From positions 1,632,001-1,696,000 of the forward strand of contig CAWIGG010000002.1 in assembly GCA_963835575.1 (NCBI GenBank): a stretch of DNA of 64,000 nucleotides, given 5' to 3'. Position numbers and translations under genes: made by a program. Under the pieces are notes generated by a model. It was not told where the DNA came from and ran no database searches. It worked only from the letters and a program-made list of their open reading frames with translations. This stretch comes from an uncultured Spirochaetota bacterium (lineage in GTDB: Bacteria > Spirochaetota > Brevinematia > Brevinematales > JAOACQ01). The stretch's first letter is position 1. Every line of letters starts with the position of its first letter. Of the stretch, positions 1-10,695 are shown piece after piece.

Positions 1-1050
1 TTTACTGTTGGAATCGTCGATTATATCCGTAAAAACGATAATCAGCGATCTCTTATTCAATTTTGACTGCAGAAAGCTGAAAGCGTTCTGGTAATCCGAT
101 TCATAAAAATCATACTGAATGTCGGAAAGAAGCGCGTTCATTTTTTTTACTATTTTCATGTCTTTTGTAGGCGGCATATACCTTATGATTTCCTTTCCGA
201 AAACCGTCAGGCTGATCCTGTCGCTGTTTTTTGCCGCCGCGTAGGCTAAAACAAGCGCAGAGTGGATGGCATAATCCAGCAAAGACATCCCGTCCACCTC
301 GGACGCCATCAGCCTGCCGCTGTCTAAAAGTATAGAGAGATGCAGATTATTATCGATCCTGTAAATCCGGGTCACGGGCCTTTTTATTCTCGCCGTAGCC
401 TTCCAATCTATCTTGCCGAAATCATCTCCTTTTATATAGTCTCTCAGCATCTCAAAATTTGTTCCGTCGCCGTAAATGCGGTTTTTCTGATTGCCTTCCG
501 ACATCCTGATCTCTTTTTGTATCAGCTTAAAGCTCGAGGAATGCGTGCTTAATGAAGGAATAACCTGGAAGGTTATATGAACAGGGTGCTTCCTGTAAAA
601 TATCAAAAGCCTGAAAAGAGAAAAGCCTTTGATGAAAATATTTTTTATGGTGTACTCGCCCCTTCTGCCGGCGTAAAGCTTGAATTTATGCTCAAAGAGG
701 TCCCCGGGAAATATCCGTATCAATTCCTTTCCGTAATCCCTTTTGAATGAACTGTCCAGGTCCAGCAGGAAATAAAACCGGAGAGGAAATTTATTTTTGT
801 TCTCTATTTGAAGCGTACAGATATTATAAGAGTGAACACTCATGATATGCGGCATCACCAGATTGAGGCGCAGGTCCTTTTTATAACCCGGGCTGAAAGC
901 GAGATCGATGAATAGAAAGATGACAATCAATCCGTCCATCATAAAACTGACCGGCAGGAGGATTTTGATCCAGAAAGAAGCGGCTAAGAGGACAAGCGGA
1001 ACTATAAATAGATAGAGAACCGCCTTTCCGGGAATAATTCCGTTTCTCAT
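1..1050 (-). CDS. DUF58 (vWA-like) protein, MoxR partner; 3' end outside window
   Basis: ATG at 1050 overlaps the MoxR stop (ATGA). Reads MRNGIIPGKAVLYLFI..., with GDGTNFEMLRDYIKGDDFGKIDWKATAR and LDSGRLM typical of DUF58. Not in the ORF track because it is truncated. Confidence 0.85.
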   Translation of the reverse strand, partial: MRNGIIPGKAVLYLFIVPLVLLAASFWIKILLPVSFMMDGLIVIFLFIDLAFSPGYKKDLRLNLVMPHIMSVHSYNICTLQIENKNKFPLRFYFLLDLDSSFKRDYGKELIRIFPGDLFEHKFKLYAGRRGEYTIKNIFIKGFSLFRLLIFYRKHPVHITFQVIPSLSTHSSSFKLIQKEIRMSEGNQKNRIYGDGTNFEMLRDYIKGDDFGKIDWKATARIKRPVTRIYRIDNNLHLSILLDSGRLMASEVDGMSLLDYAIHSALVLAYAAAKNSDRISLTVFGKEIIRYMPPTKDMKIVKKMNALLSDIQYDFYESDYQNAFSFLQSKLNKRSLIIVFTDIIDDSNSK

Positions 1051-2024
1051 CTGGGCACCACTACCTTGCCGAGGACCGATTGTACAAAATCATCCGTGGT
1101 CCTCCCCTCGATTTCAGCGTCGGTCTCCAGAATGATCCTGTGCCTCAGGACCGGATAAGCGCACATTCTGACATCGTCTGGCACAATAAAATCCCTGCCG
1201 TTCACAACGGCAAGGGCTCTGGAGGACTTTAAGAGCGCGATTGTTGCCCTCGGCGACGCTCCAATACTGATCCCCGACGTTTTCCTGGTCGCGTCGATGA
1301 TCTGCATGATATATTCCAGGATCTTCTCATCCACATTGACGACATTAAGCGAGCTTTTATAGGCCTTGAACTCATCCTGACTGCAGACTTTCTGCAGATC
1401 GGCCTTGTCCAGCTCTTCCGATTCAAATCCGTCCCGGAACATGATCAGCATATCCTTTTCATCATTATAAGCCGGGTACCTGACCAGCACCTTAAACATA
1501 AAGCGGTCTATCTGCGCCTCGGGAAGCGGATATGTCCCTTCATACTCTATGGGGTTCTGCGTGGCGATGGTAATGAACGGCTCTTCCAGTTTATAGACAA
1601 CGCCGTCGATAGTCACCTGTTTTTCCTGCATCACTTCCAGAAGCGCGGACTGCGTTTTGGCGGGAGCGCGGTTGATTTCGTCCGCCAGGAGGAAATTGGT
1701 AAAAACCGGGCCTTTCCGGATATAAAACTGGTTCTTGATATTATCATATATTGTCGTTCCGATAATATCCGCCGGCATAAGATCGGGCGTAAACTGGATC
1801 CTTTTAAAATTGACGCCGATAATGCGCGACAGCGCGTTGGCAATGAGTGTTTTGCCGAGGCCAGGATATCCCTCGATCAGGACATGACCTCCGTTTAAAA
1901 GGGCCAGAACGATAAACTGGATCACTTCATCCTGGCCTTTGATGACCTTTTTAAGCTCCGCTGTGATTTTCTGAAACAGGTTCCTGAAATCCTCAGGACT
2001 TTTTTTCTGCAGCTTTCTTTCCAT
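1047..2024 (-). CDS. moxR: MoxR family AAA+ ATPase
   Basis: Walker A GYPGLGKT, RIQFTPDLMPADI, Walker B LLADEINRAPAKTQSALLE, YPLPEAQIDRF. ATG 2024 chosen as likely start. Confidence 0.95.
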   Translation of the reverse strand: MERKLQKKSPEDFRNLFQKITAELKKVIKGQDEVIQFIVLALLNGGHVLIEGYPGLGKTLIANALSRIIGVNFKRIQFTPDLMPADIIGTTIYDNIKNQFYIRKGPVFTNFLLADEINRAPAKTQSALLEVMQEKQVTIDGVVYKLEEPFITIATQNPIEYEGTYPLPEAQIDRFMFKVLVRYPAYNDEKDMLIMFRDGFESEELDKADLQKVCSQDEFKAYKSSLNVVNVDEKILEYIMQIIDATRKTSGISIGASPRATIALLKSSRALAVVNGRDFIVPDDVRMCAYPVLRHRIILETDAEIEGRTTDDFVQSVLGKVVVPR

Positions 2025-3222
2025 AATCTTCACCCTTCTCTATTATTTTTATAAACTTGTATCTTTCCATTTCAATCAGCGCCAGATTGTAGACCTGGTT
2101 CCGCTGGAATATATCGATTTCACCGCTGCCTTTATAACGGTTCCTGAGTTCACTGATCAATTCTTCCAGGTTCCTTCCCGGGAAAAGCCTCGCGAGCTTT
2201 TCAAAAAAGTATTCATCGAAAATGTCCGCCAGGGCCCTGTTGCTGCCGCTGTTCAATAAAAAATTGCCCACGGCCTGGATATGATTTCTGACGGACCTTT
2301 TCTTATATTGATTAAAATCCAGGATGTTGCCGAACCTTTTGTAATGAGCCAGGAAAAAAACAATTCCCAGGATAAGGAGCTGAAGAACAATATAGGGAAA
2401 ACTGCCCATTGTGAGAAAACTTTCTTTTTTATGCAGGTTCATTAATCTCTTCTGTTCCTTCATGGCTTTTGTCTCATCAAATACAATGAGACTATGGTAA
2501 TAATCCTTGAAAAGATTATTGAGCAGTACCGCGTTATCTTCTTTCAAGATGTTCTTGTCAGAAAACATAAAACCATCGCTGATAAACAGGATCTCCGCTT
2601 CATGATAAACGGCTTTTCTGATGATGCTGTTCCCGTTTACCCGCAGGATTGTTGAATATTCCATTTCTTTATCAGTATATTCAAAATTACTGCTGTCGAT
2701 GACACTTTTTCCATCTATTTTAAGCCTATGAACGTCTTTTAAGAGCGGATCGGACGAATTAACAGAGATATTCAATAAATCCCGGGGGCCGCTTATAGTA
2801 TTCATTGTTTTTAAATTTGAATTTCCTTCGCCTTTCCCGGTTTCATCCTGCGATTCATCACTTGAATTATTTTCATTTTCATTCGACGTGCCGGCCTGTT
2901 TCTCTTTAAGAAAAACAATCAATCTCTTATTTTTTTTAAACCATTTTTTAAATTTTATAAAATTTTCTTCATTCCAGACATCCTCAATAACTATACAGCC
3001 GGCCGGATCCATCAGATAATCATACTGCTGAATGGAAATCATATATCCCATTTTCTGAAGCATTTCAAACATAAGATTCCATTGATTGTATTGCAGATAT
3101 TTATCAAACGGCACTTTTTCATTCGAAGGCGTTGTTTTAAAAAGCGGTGATAAAATATAAATCAAGAATATGATCGCGCTGAGAATGACGGATATAAAAA
3201 GGATCAATACCGCTTTTCTCAT
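1993..3222 (-). CDS. DUF4350-like membrane-anchored protein of the MoxR operon
   Basis: N-terminal TM, DNAVLLNNL..IVFDE motif, second TM followed by KRFG; lies directly upstream of moxR. Confidence 0.65.
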   Translation of the reverse strand: MRKAVLILFISVILSAIIFLIYILSPLFKTTPSNEKVPFDKYLQYNQWNLMFEMLQKMGYMISIQQYDYLMDPAGCIVIEDVWNEENFIKFKKWFKKNKRLIVFLKEKQAGTSNENENNSSDESQDETGKGEGNSNLKTMNTISGPRDLLNISVNSSDPLLKDVHRLKIDGKSVIDSSNFEYTDKEMEYSTILRVNGNSIIRKAVYHEAEILFISDGFMFSDKNILKEDNAVLLNNLFKDYYHSLIVFDETKAMKEQKRLMNLHKKESFLTMGSFPYIVLQLLILGIVFFLAHYKRFGNILDFNQYKKRSVRNHIQAVGNFLLNSGSNRALADIFDEYFFEKLARLFPGRNLEELISELRNRYKGSGEIDIFQRNQVYNLALIEMERYKFIKIIEKGEDYGKKAAEKKS

Positions 3223-3854
3223 AATTTATAATCCCTGATCAAATTAAATTCTTTGTAGCAATAGGCAAAATCTTTCTCTGCGGCCGGATAATTATCAAAC
3301 AGCACTTTTTCAGCTATCTCATAAATATTTCTGAACGCCTGCTGTAATTCCGGCGCTTTAATCTTGAAAAACAGCATCAGGTTCGTCATATTTTTATTAT
3401 AATTCACACCCAGGCGCACAAGCTCCAGGGCGGAACACCGGTGCAGATAAACCACAGCTTCCGGATATTTCCTGTCTTTGATATAGCTGTCAATGATTTC
3501 CTGATCAAAAGAAATCAGCTCCAGTTTTTCCCCGGTTTCAATGGTTTTTATTGTCCCGTAGACATTGAATGAAATATTGCTGAAGATAAAGTAGATGATT
3601 GTGACAACAATGATCGTTATAATGAGGATAATGACGGCTGTCGTGATATTTTTTATGTTCTTCCAGTCAATGATTATCTTTTGGGCCGAATCAGGCCGCT
3701 GATTCATCTCTTTATTTATTTTCTCAAGCGTATTGATCATTTCCTGGGCAGTGTTTTTTACTTTTTTCTGGTCCGGCGTCTTTTGAAACAAATTACAGCC
3801 GGTTAAGATAATCAAAGCGGTTAACAACAAAAGAACAGGCTTTAAAAATTTCAT
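3219..3854 (-). CDS. DUF4129-like membrane lipoprotein
   Basis: Lipobox LTGC, one TM, C-terminal Y.EAVVYLHR...TN...YE.AEKVLF pattern; operon position. Confidence 0.55.
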   Translation of the reverse strand: MKFLKPVLLLLTALIILTGCNLFQKTPDQKKVKNTAQEMINTLEKINKEMNQRPDSAQKIIIDWKNIKNITTAVIILIITIIVVTIIYFIFSNISFNVYGTIKTIETGEKLELISFDQEIIDSYIKDRKYPEAVVYLHRCSALELVRLGVNYNKNMTNLMLFFKIKAPELQQAFRNIYEIAEKVLFDNYPAAEKDFAYCYKEFNLIRDYKL

Positions 3855-3968
3855 TATCTATAAGTCCTTGAATTTAAATTAATGAGTTAATTGCTTCAGC
3901 CATTAGTTATATCTTGTAAACTATTAAAAATTAAAACAATCTGTTTTTATTAAAAAAATAAAACCATT

Positions 3969-3993
3969 CCCCCCGTATTAAAAATACGGGGGG
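3969..3993 (-). terminator. Probable intrinsic terminator hairpin inside the MoxR gene cluster
   Basis: CCCCCCGTATT/AATACGGGGGG stem, T-rich tail on the minus strand. Confidence 0.55.
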
Positions 3994-4032
3994 CATATAA
4001 CATTATAAATTAACTGCTGAAGAGCCCCGGCT

Positions 4033-4980
4033 TTATTTATTCTCAGGAGCTTTTATTTCCTGGACATAATCCTTTACCAGACTTTCCACTCCGAAGCTTT
4101 CATACCTGATTTTCTGGTTGTAAAAGATCGATACGATAAACGCGGCGGCAACGGCCCCTAAAAATAATTCGAGCAGTATGTAGAATAACGCATAAACGCC
4201 GACACTGATCATCATAATCATGGCCGAACCGCTGAAAATAAAGTTGAATAATTGAAAGACCGCTCCGAAAATGATCGCGATAAAAATCAATAGAAGGAAA
4301 AGGAGTAAATAAGCCCCGACCAAACCAAAGAAATTATAACTTCCCAGCTTAAAAGCGCGCATCACGGCCTGTCCGCCGGGTAGATTTTCCTTGATAATAA
4401 CCGGGCAAACCATCGCGTAAACAACGGCGACATACAGCATAAAGATTATTAACGCGATGTATCCGATGATAATACCCGCGATCTTTAATATGAGCATTAA
4501 GATGGCAAGAACTATTCCGGCGCCGATGGCGATGGCAAGTCCGATCCCGATCATAGGGAGCAGGCTGAACATGAGCGAGCCCAGCTTCTTCCCCACGACT
4601 TTGAATGATTCCCTTAATGTCCATTTTTCTCCGACAAAGGATTGGAGAAAGAGATGGCTCATCAGGCCGCTGTAAAACATGGCCGGAATCAGTAAAAGAA
4701 TTATCAGAACAAAAGTCCAGCCCATAATCGGTCCGGCCAGCGACATAACCTGACTGCTGGACATGCTTGAAATATCGCTTACAATGTTTGAAAACTGCCC
4801 CGTGATTTTTGTGTAAAAACCGCCGAAATACAACAGAGCGCCGATTGCCCCGAACAGCACTAATAAAAAGAGGAAAAACAACAGATTGATCTTTAAAACA
4901 TCCTTGAACTTGCTGAAGCTCATACGGAAAGTTTTGTCAAACAGGCTGCCTACACCCATGGGTTTCAACTCCACACTCAT
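4033..4980 (-). CDS. Multi-pass membrane protein (GDPD-membrane-domain-like) of the MoxR operon
   Basis: LKPMGVGSLFDKTF N-terminus, about 6 TMs, Y..QKIRYESF C-terminus; GGAGG RBS. Confidence 0.65.
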   Translation of the reverse strand: MSVELKPMGVGSLFDKTFRMSFSKFKDVLKINLLFFLFLLVLFGAIGALLYFGGFYTKITGQFSNIVSDISSMSSSQVMSLAGPIMGWTFVLIILLLIPAMFYSGLMSHLFLQSFVGEKWTLRESFKVVGKKLGSLMFSLLPMIGIGLAIAIGAGIVLAILMLILKIAGIIIGYIALIIFMLYVAVVYAMVCPVIIKENLPGGQAVMRAFKLGSYNFFGLVGAYLLLFLLLIFIAIIFGAVFQLFNFIFSGSAMIMMISVGVYALFYILLELFLGAVAAAFIVSIFYNQKIRYESFGVESLVKDYVQEIKAPENK

Positions 4981-4990
4981 TTTATCCTCC

Positions 4991-6004
4991 TTACGATATT
5001 TGGTCTTTATTAGATTTTACAATAATATATTTGAAAGAAAAGAAAATGATCAAACAAAACGACAGCGCCGCGATACCCAGTTTAAACCAATAGCTTAATT
5101 TCGAGGGCGAAATAAATCCTTCAACAAACGCGGCGCAGAATATAAATAACGCGCCTGTTAGCAATACCGGGATGATTTCCCGCGCTTTTTTATTAAGCGC
5201 CGTTGTTCTCTTCTCTTCATTATTGTAGATTAAAGACAAACCTATAGCGAGACCGGCCCCGGCCGTCAGGCATAAACCCAGGAGCTCAAAAGCCGAATGG
5301 GCGGTAATAAACCCGATCAGGTTTTTCCCATAACCGGCCGACACTACCAATCCGAAAACAGCCCCGATGGAAACGGCATTACTGAAGACAATATAGAGGG
5401 TCCCGGCGCCGAATGTTATGCCGAGAACAAAACTTAAAAAACCAATGGTAATATTATTCCGGATATAGTAACCGGACATGACAATATTGTCAAAGAAGTT
5501 CCTCTGCGCCGCTATATCGCCGCTGTAAGATTTTTTCATCATATCGATCAGGTCCTCCGGCAGAACATAACCGGCCCAGTCAGGGTGATTATATATGATC
5601 AAGAAAGTCGTTATTAATACGCTGAAAAACAGGATTAATATAACCGCGATCGGTTTAATATTTTTTATAAAGGCCCTGGAAAAATCATTTGTGAAGAAAT
5701 TCAGCAAATCCCTGATTTCTTTTTTCGGCGGCATATAGATTATATTGTGCGCATACTGGACAAGCCTTGAGATATAGTCAATAGTGTCCGGCGACAATTC
5801 AAGCGTCCTGGCCAGCTCAGAATCTGTGCAGACCTTTCTGTATAAATTCGGCAGTTCTCTTATTTCTTCTTTTGTCAGGGAATGGACCATTCCATTATGC
5901 GCCTTTTTAATGATCTTTTCCAGGGCTATCCAGTATTCTTTCCTTTCCTCAATAAAGCGCTCAGACCTGGTCATTTTTTTTAAAATTGCCGCCGCCTGTT
6001 CCAT
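4991..6004 (-). CDS. Stage II sporulation protein M (SpoIIM/DUF95) family membrane protein
   Basis: FIEERKEYW..LE, LYRKVCTD, YIRNNITIGF, TAHSAFEL, AAFVEGFISP. Confidence 0.85.
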   Translation of the reverse strand: MEQAAAILKKMTRSERFIEERKEYWIALEKIIKKAHNGMVHSLTKEEIRELPNLYRKVCTDSELARTLELSPDTIDYISRLVQYAHNIIYMPPKKEIRDLLNFFTNDFSRAFIKNIKPIAVILILFFSVLITTFLIIYNHPDWAGYVLPEDLIDMMKKSYSGDIAAQRNFFDNIVMSGYYIRNNITIGFLSFVLGITFGAGTLYIVFSNAVSIGAVFGLVVSAGYGKNLIGFITAHSAFELLGLCLTAGAGLAIGLSLIYNNEEKRTTALNKKAREIIPVLLTGALFIFCAAFVEGFISPSKLSYWFKLGIAALSFCLIIFFSFKYIIVKSNKDQIS

Positions 6005-6005
6005 A

Positions 6006-6797
6006 TTACTGATCCTTATGACTTTCGTATATTTTCTGCAGGTAGAGAAGGCTGTCCGTATAATCTTCATCATCCCGCAGCGTGTTTTTTATTTTTAATG
6101 CCAGCTGATCAGAGAGTTCATGCTGTTTGTCAAGGCTGAATTTACTCAAATTATTTAAAAAATTCCTGATGATATACAGATCTTCCTCGCCGAGCTTCTT
6201 ATGAAGAAACTTCTGCACAGGTTTTTGAATTGTATTGACAACGAAAAAATCCGGGAATTGAAAGCTTTTTTTATCTTCATTGATGACAATGGTCTCCGCG
6301 GCAAGGTCCCCGATCCTTCTGAACTCCCTGTTAAAAATAATGCAGAAAAACGCGCCCAGATAAAGTGTTGTCTGCTGATCAAAAATCCGGATGAAATTCC
6401 TGAGAATGATGGATGTGATATCCAGGGGCTTGCCGTTATAGTTTATCACCCGGAGCCCGAAAACGGCCTTCCCGGGCGTTTTACCGTTCATGAGTGTCTC
6501 AAAAAAAATAAAATATCCCCATTGCAGAACAAAATCCAATATCATAAAAAAGAAAACGCTGACGCGTCCGATCGCATTGTTCCTGAAAAGATCTCTGATA
6601 GATCCGGCATTGGTAAATATATTGATGATATTCAGGATTCTCAGAAGCAAATAGATAATAAATATAATGGAGTACATAATAAAAATATCTATAAGCACGG
6701 CCAGAAGCCTGGAAAAAGGACTGGCAATTTTATATGGGATCTCGATTTGCTCCGGCGATTCGATATAAATAATATCGCTTCTGACATTTGTTGTGAT
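6006..6797 (-). CDS. RDD family membrane protein, probable non-canonical ATC start
   Basis: IESPEQIEIPYKIASPFSRLLAVLID...GKTPGK..GLRV...RNFIR..D...RRIGDLAAETIVI. The frame extends 33 codons upstream of the ORF-track GTG to an ATC 6 nt after AAGGAG. Confidence 0.85.
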   Translation of the reverse strand: MTTNVRSDIIYIESPEQIEIPYKIASPFSRLLAVLIDIFIMYSIIFIIYLLLRILNIINIFTNAGSIRDLFRNNAIGRVSVFFFMILDFVLQWGYFIFFETLMNGKTPGKAVFGLRVINYNGKPLDITSIILRNFIRIFDQQTTLYLGAFFCIIFNREFRRIGDLAAETIVINEDKKSFQFPDFFVVNTIQKPVQKFLHKKLGEEDLYIIRNFLNNLSKFSLDKQHELSDQLALKIKNTLRDDEDYTDSLLYLQKIYESHKDQ

Positions 6798-7090
6798 AAA
6801 AAGCTCCTTGATTGAAAAACACCATTCTTACTTTAAAATTAATATTCTTTACAACAGCAGCACTTATAGAAAACTTTGGATTTAAATTATCTGACAATTG
6901 ACCGATATTTTCATTACTGATTTAGTTTTATTTTATATAATTATATAATAATAGTCAAAAAATGATAATTGCTCATTAATCCCAAGCCCGGGCGATTTAT
7001 TTTATATTTATCTACAGCAAATATATTTGCTAAATAAATCACTCTGTTCAGGATTTATATTCATCGAATTAAAATATTAAAGGCTCTTTA

Positions 7091-7119
7091 TTGACATTTT
7101 CATTTCTTCAGATTAATTT
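7091..7119 (+). promoter_or_regulatory. Candidate sigma70 promoter for trxA
   Basis: TTGACA-N17-TAATTT. Confidence 0.4.
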
Positions 7120-7166
7120 ATACTATTGCTTTTTAAAGTCTAAAAATGAAAAGCAAGGAGTTTTTT

Positions 7167-7490
7167 ATGTCAACGGTAATTCATGTTGATGACGCTAACT
7201 TTGATAATGAAGTGGTCAAGTCTCCTCTGCCTGTTTTAGTCGATTTCTGGGCTGAATGGTGCGCTCCCTGCCGGATGATCGCTCCCATTATTGATGACCT
7301 GGCCGGCGAATATGAAGGAAAATTGATTATAGCAAAGCTTGATGTTGATAAAGGACCGGATGTCTCAACCAAATACGCCGTTACAAGTATTCCGACCCTC
7401 ATCCTCTTTAAGAATGGTACTCCGATGGAAAAAGTAGTCGGCGCCGTCTCAAAAAATAAACTAAAAGGTTTAATCGACAGTGCCCTCTAA
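7167..7490 (+). CDS. trxA: Thioredoxin
   Basis: DFWAEWCAPC active site, SIPTL; AAGGAG RBS before ATG 7167. Confidence 0.95.
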   Translation: MSTVIHVDDANFDNEVVKSPLPVLVDFWAEWCAPCRMIAPIIDDLAGEYEGKLIIAKLDVDKGPDVSTKYAVTSIPTLILFKNGTPMEKVVGAVSKNKLKGLIDSAL

Positions 7491-7959
7491 AAATAATCCC
7501 CCGCTGTATTTAATAAGAAACGCAAGGCTTCCGGACGCCCCTCAGATCTCATCCCTTATCAATACATTCTCCAGGGAAGGCATCATGCTTTCCAAAACTA
7601 CGGAAAATATTATTGAGGATATACGCAATTTTTTTGTGGCTGATTTAAAAGGCCAAATAATAGGCTGCTGTGCAGTATCTTTTTTCACCGAAGAACTTGC
7701 CGAAATCCGATCTGTGGCTATTGATGAAACCTTTAAGGGAAAGGGTATCGGAAGCGATCTGATCAAAAAAGCCGAAGATGTTTTAAAAGAAGAAGGTATA
7801 AAATACGCCTTTGTTTTGACATTGACAGAACTCTTTTTCACAAAGCTCGGATATTTAAAAGTGGATAAATCGAAATACCCCCAAAAAATATGGAGGGACT
7901 GCCTGAGCTGCCCAAAAATCATGCAGTGCGATGAAATTGCCATGGAAAAAAAACTTTAA
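7480..7959 (+). CDS. GNAT N-acetyltransferase (short ArgA-like)
   Basis: LAEIRSVAI..FKGKGIG, FF.KLGY, KIWRDCLSCPK..CDEIAM. Confidence 0.85.
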   Translation: MPSKNNPPLYLIRNARLPDAPQISSLINTFSREGIMLSKTTENIIEDIRNFFVADLKGQIIGCCAVSFFTEELAEIRSVAIDETFKGKGIGSDLIKKAEDVLKEEGIKYAFVLTLTELFFTKLGYLKVDKSKYPQKIWRDCLSCPKIMQCDEIAMEKKL

Positions 7960-8037
7960 AAGCATTTCCAAAAATTTATTTAAAGATTGGACGTTTTTAT
8001 TTAATTAATTTATATTTGTATTAATAAGGATTATAAT

Positions 8038-9060
8038 ATGGATCCGTATCAGGGATTTTTTGATAGTTTAAATGAAACATTTTCCGCGCCTCAGCACATA
8101 ATATATTTTCTGATCATGCTTTTACTCATGGGGCTTTTCTTTGTGATCATTTATTATATTTACAGGGCTTATCAAAATTCGCTTCAAAAGAAAAAGCTTC
8201 TTGATCAAACCGAGCCTATGTTCAAAATCCCGCCCAAGCATATTACCGGTTTTAATCCCGCGCAGAGGAGAATTCTCAATTCACTCATTGCCGATTTCAA
8301 AACAAGGGAGTTGATCGCGGCGGCAATACCTTCTTCAGTTCTGGAAAGGTATTCCGAATATTTTTATCATCATCTGGGGGAGCTCCAAGTTTCCAATCAG
8401 GTGGCGCAGACTATGGCGAAAAAGATATTTCCAATCACTGAAAAATCAAAAATCGAGATTGAAATCCTTGAAAATAACAAGCTCTATGTTCTGGAAAGGC
8501 CGGCTTTAGCCGCCAACAATAGAGCGGTTGTCATCGATAACCTGGAAGGACTTCCATTCCCTGTACAAAAAGGCATACCGGTGAATGTCTGTTATACTGC
8601 CAATAACGCGTTTATCTGCGGCGAATCAAGTATTGTAAACTTATTACCGGATAAACGTATTGTTCTTTCCTATCCGAAAAATCTTAAAATCTCCGACGAA
8701 CGCCATTACAGCCGTATTCCTGTGGAGAATTTAACCGGGACCCTTGTTCCGGATCATGTTCAAAACGCTTCTGTCATCCATATCTCAATCAAAGACATCA
8801 GTTTTGAAGGCGTCAGGGTCCAGACTCCTTCAATACTGAAAAAAAAGGCGTCTTATTCGCTGTCTTTTATTGATATGACTCTGGATAAGACTTATGATTT
8901 TGATAAAATCGAATGTGTTATTTCAAAAAGCTTCATGATCGGGAATGGGATTTCCGAATACGGTCTGTCTTTTGTTTATCTGGACCAGAACAAACGCGCA
9001 AGATTAAACGAATATTTCCAGGCCCTTGCCGCGAGATTCCAGAAAGAACTCAAATCCTGA
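8038..9060 (+). CDS. Membrane-anchored PilZ-domain (YcgR-like) c-di-GMP receptor
   Basis: N-terminal TM; RHYSR (RxxxR) and DISFEG (DxSxxG) motifs. Confidence 0.8.
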   Translation: MDPYQGFFDSLNETFSAPQHIIYFLIMLLLMGLFFVIIYYIYRAYQNSLQKKKLLDQTEPMFKIPPKHITGFNPAQRRILNSLIADFKTRELIAAAIPSSVLERYSEYFYHHLGELQVSNQVAQTMAKKIFPITEKSKIEIEILENNKLYVLERPALAANNRAVVIDNLEGLPFPVQKGIPVNVCYTANNAFICGESSIVNLLPDKRIVLSYPKNLKISDERHYSRIPVENLTGTLVPDHVQNASVIHISIKDISFEGVRVQTPSILKKKASYSLSFIDMTLDKTYDFDKIECVISKSFMIGNGISEYGLSFVYLDQNKRARLNEYFQALAARFQKELKS

Positions 9061-9070
9061 TCAGCCTCAT

Positions 9071-10453
9071 TTATTTTTGAAAATATTTCTTTAAATATTC
9101 AGGCAATTCACTGACTGCGCCCCTGTCCTGTTTCATCGTATCGCGGTCCCGGATTGTCACAGTATCAAGCAATTCAGGATGCTCGCTTTTTCCAATGGTG
9201 TCAAAGTCCACTGTAATGCAGAGAGGCGTCCCGACTTCATCATGCCGGCGATAGCTTTTACCGATGTTGCCGCTGTCCTCATAAAAAATACGTCCGATCC
9301 CGAGCTTCATCAAATTATCTTTTATGGCCCTGGCTTTTTCAACAATGGCCGGGTTATTACGCGCCAGAGGAATGACCGCCACTTTGATCGGCGACAGATG
9401 CGGTTTTAATTTCAGCACAACCCTCTGCGTCCCGTTTTCCAGATCTTCCTCGGTATAGGCTTCGGTCAAAACGGCCAGAACTCCCCTGTCCACACCTGCC
9501 GACGGCTCAATGACAAATGGAACAACCGGTTTCTGTGTATCCGGGTCGGGTATTGTCAGTTTGGCGATTGAATCTTCATTTGGTTCAACCCTTGCCTTAA
9601 GACCGAGTTCAGACTGGCTTTTAGAATGCGAGCCCAGATCAAAATCCGTCCGGTTTGCCACTCCTTCCAGTTCTTCAATGCCATGGGGAAAGCGGTAAAG
9701 AATATCCACCGTCGCCTTCGAATAATGCGCCAATTCCTCAGGCTTTTGATAGTACAGCTGCAGGTTATCGCTGGTCAACCCCTGATCCTGCCACCATTTG
9801 ACCCGCGCGTCCACCCAGTTTTTATGGTATTCATCATCCGTTCCGGGCTTCACAAAGTATTCCAGCTCCATCTGCTCAAACTCACGGACCCTGAAAACAA
9901 AATTCCTCGGCGTTATCTCATTGCGGAACGCTTTTCCTATCTGGGCGATTCCGAACGGCAGCCTCCGCGATGTGGAGTCCACGACATTTTTAAAATTGCA
10001 GAATATGCCCTGGGCTGTTTCCGGCCTCAGGTAGGCATAATTCTCATCGTCCGCCACTGGGCCAACCGTCGTTTTGAACATTAAATTAAAAGGCCGCGGC
10101 TCAGTCAGGTCTTTAGAACCGCATTTTTCACAGCGCCCGTTCTTGACCTGGTCCGCCCTCCACCGGCTTTTGCAGTTCCGGCAATCAACCATGGGATCGA
10201 CAAAAGTCGCTTCATGACCGGAGTGCTTGAGTACAAAGCGATGGGTCAGAATAGCGGCGTCCAGTCCTTCCACATCATCCCTGTCATAAACCATCGCGCG
10301 CCACCATGACGCTTTTAAATTATTTTTCAGCTCAACGCCCAGAGGGCCGTAATCATAAATGCCCTGCAAACCGCCGTATATATCTGAGCCGGGAAATATA
10401 AAACCGCGCCTTTTACAGAGCGCTACTAATGAATCCATTGTTTTTGCCGGCAA
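9071..10453 (-). CDS. glyQS: Glycine--tRNA ligase, homodimeric type
   Basis: [49 protein letters not shown]; likely TTG start after AGGAGG. Confidence 0.95.
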   Translation of the reverse strand: MPAKTMDSLVALCKRRGFIFPGSDIYGGLQGIYDYGPLGVELKNNLKASWWRAMVYDRDDVEGLDAAILTHRFVLKHSGHEATFVDPMVDCRNCKSRWRADQVKNGRCEKCGSKDLTEPRPFNLMFKTTVGPVADDENYAYLRPETAQGIFCNFKNVVDSTSRRLPFGIAQIGKAFRNEITPRNFVFRVREFEQMELEYFVKPGTDDEYHKNWVDARVKWWQDQGLTSDNLQLYYQKPEELAHYSKATVDILYRFPHGIEELEGVANRTDFDLGSHSKSQSELGLKARVEPNEDSIAKLTIPDPDTQKPVVPFVIEPSAGVDRGVLAVLTEAYTEEDLENGTQRVVLKLKPHLSPIKVAVIPLARNNPAIVEKARAIKDNLMKLGIGRIFYEDSGNIGKSYRRHDEVGTPLCITVDFDTIGKSEHPELLDTVTIRDRDTMKQDRGAVSELPEYLKKYFQK

Positions 10454-10533
10454 GGGAATCCTCCTAACATTTCCAAAAACTGAAGGTTTTTGGAAATGAC
10501 TCAATTATAAATTTTTTTGGATAATTGTAATTC

Positions 10534-10613
10534 TGCTGCCGCTGAGAGTCCGCAAAATAAAATAAGTTTTAATTCTTGTTAAACTTTCGAACCAGGCGAA
10601 CTCAGCGGCTGCA
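10534..10613. repeat. REP-like inverted repeat
   Basis: TGCTGCCGCTGAG (10534-10546) / CTCAGCGGCTGCA (10601-10613). Confidence 0.45.
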
Positions 10614-10695
10614 TGATTCGATACAATGGCTCTTATTTTACAGCATATCATCTGTTTTTGCAAAAAGAATTGGTATTATATTATTGGAAATTAAA

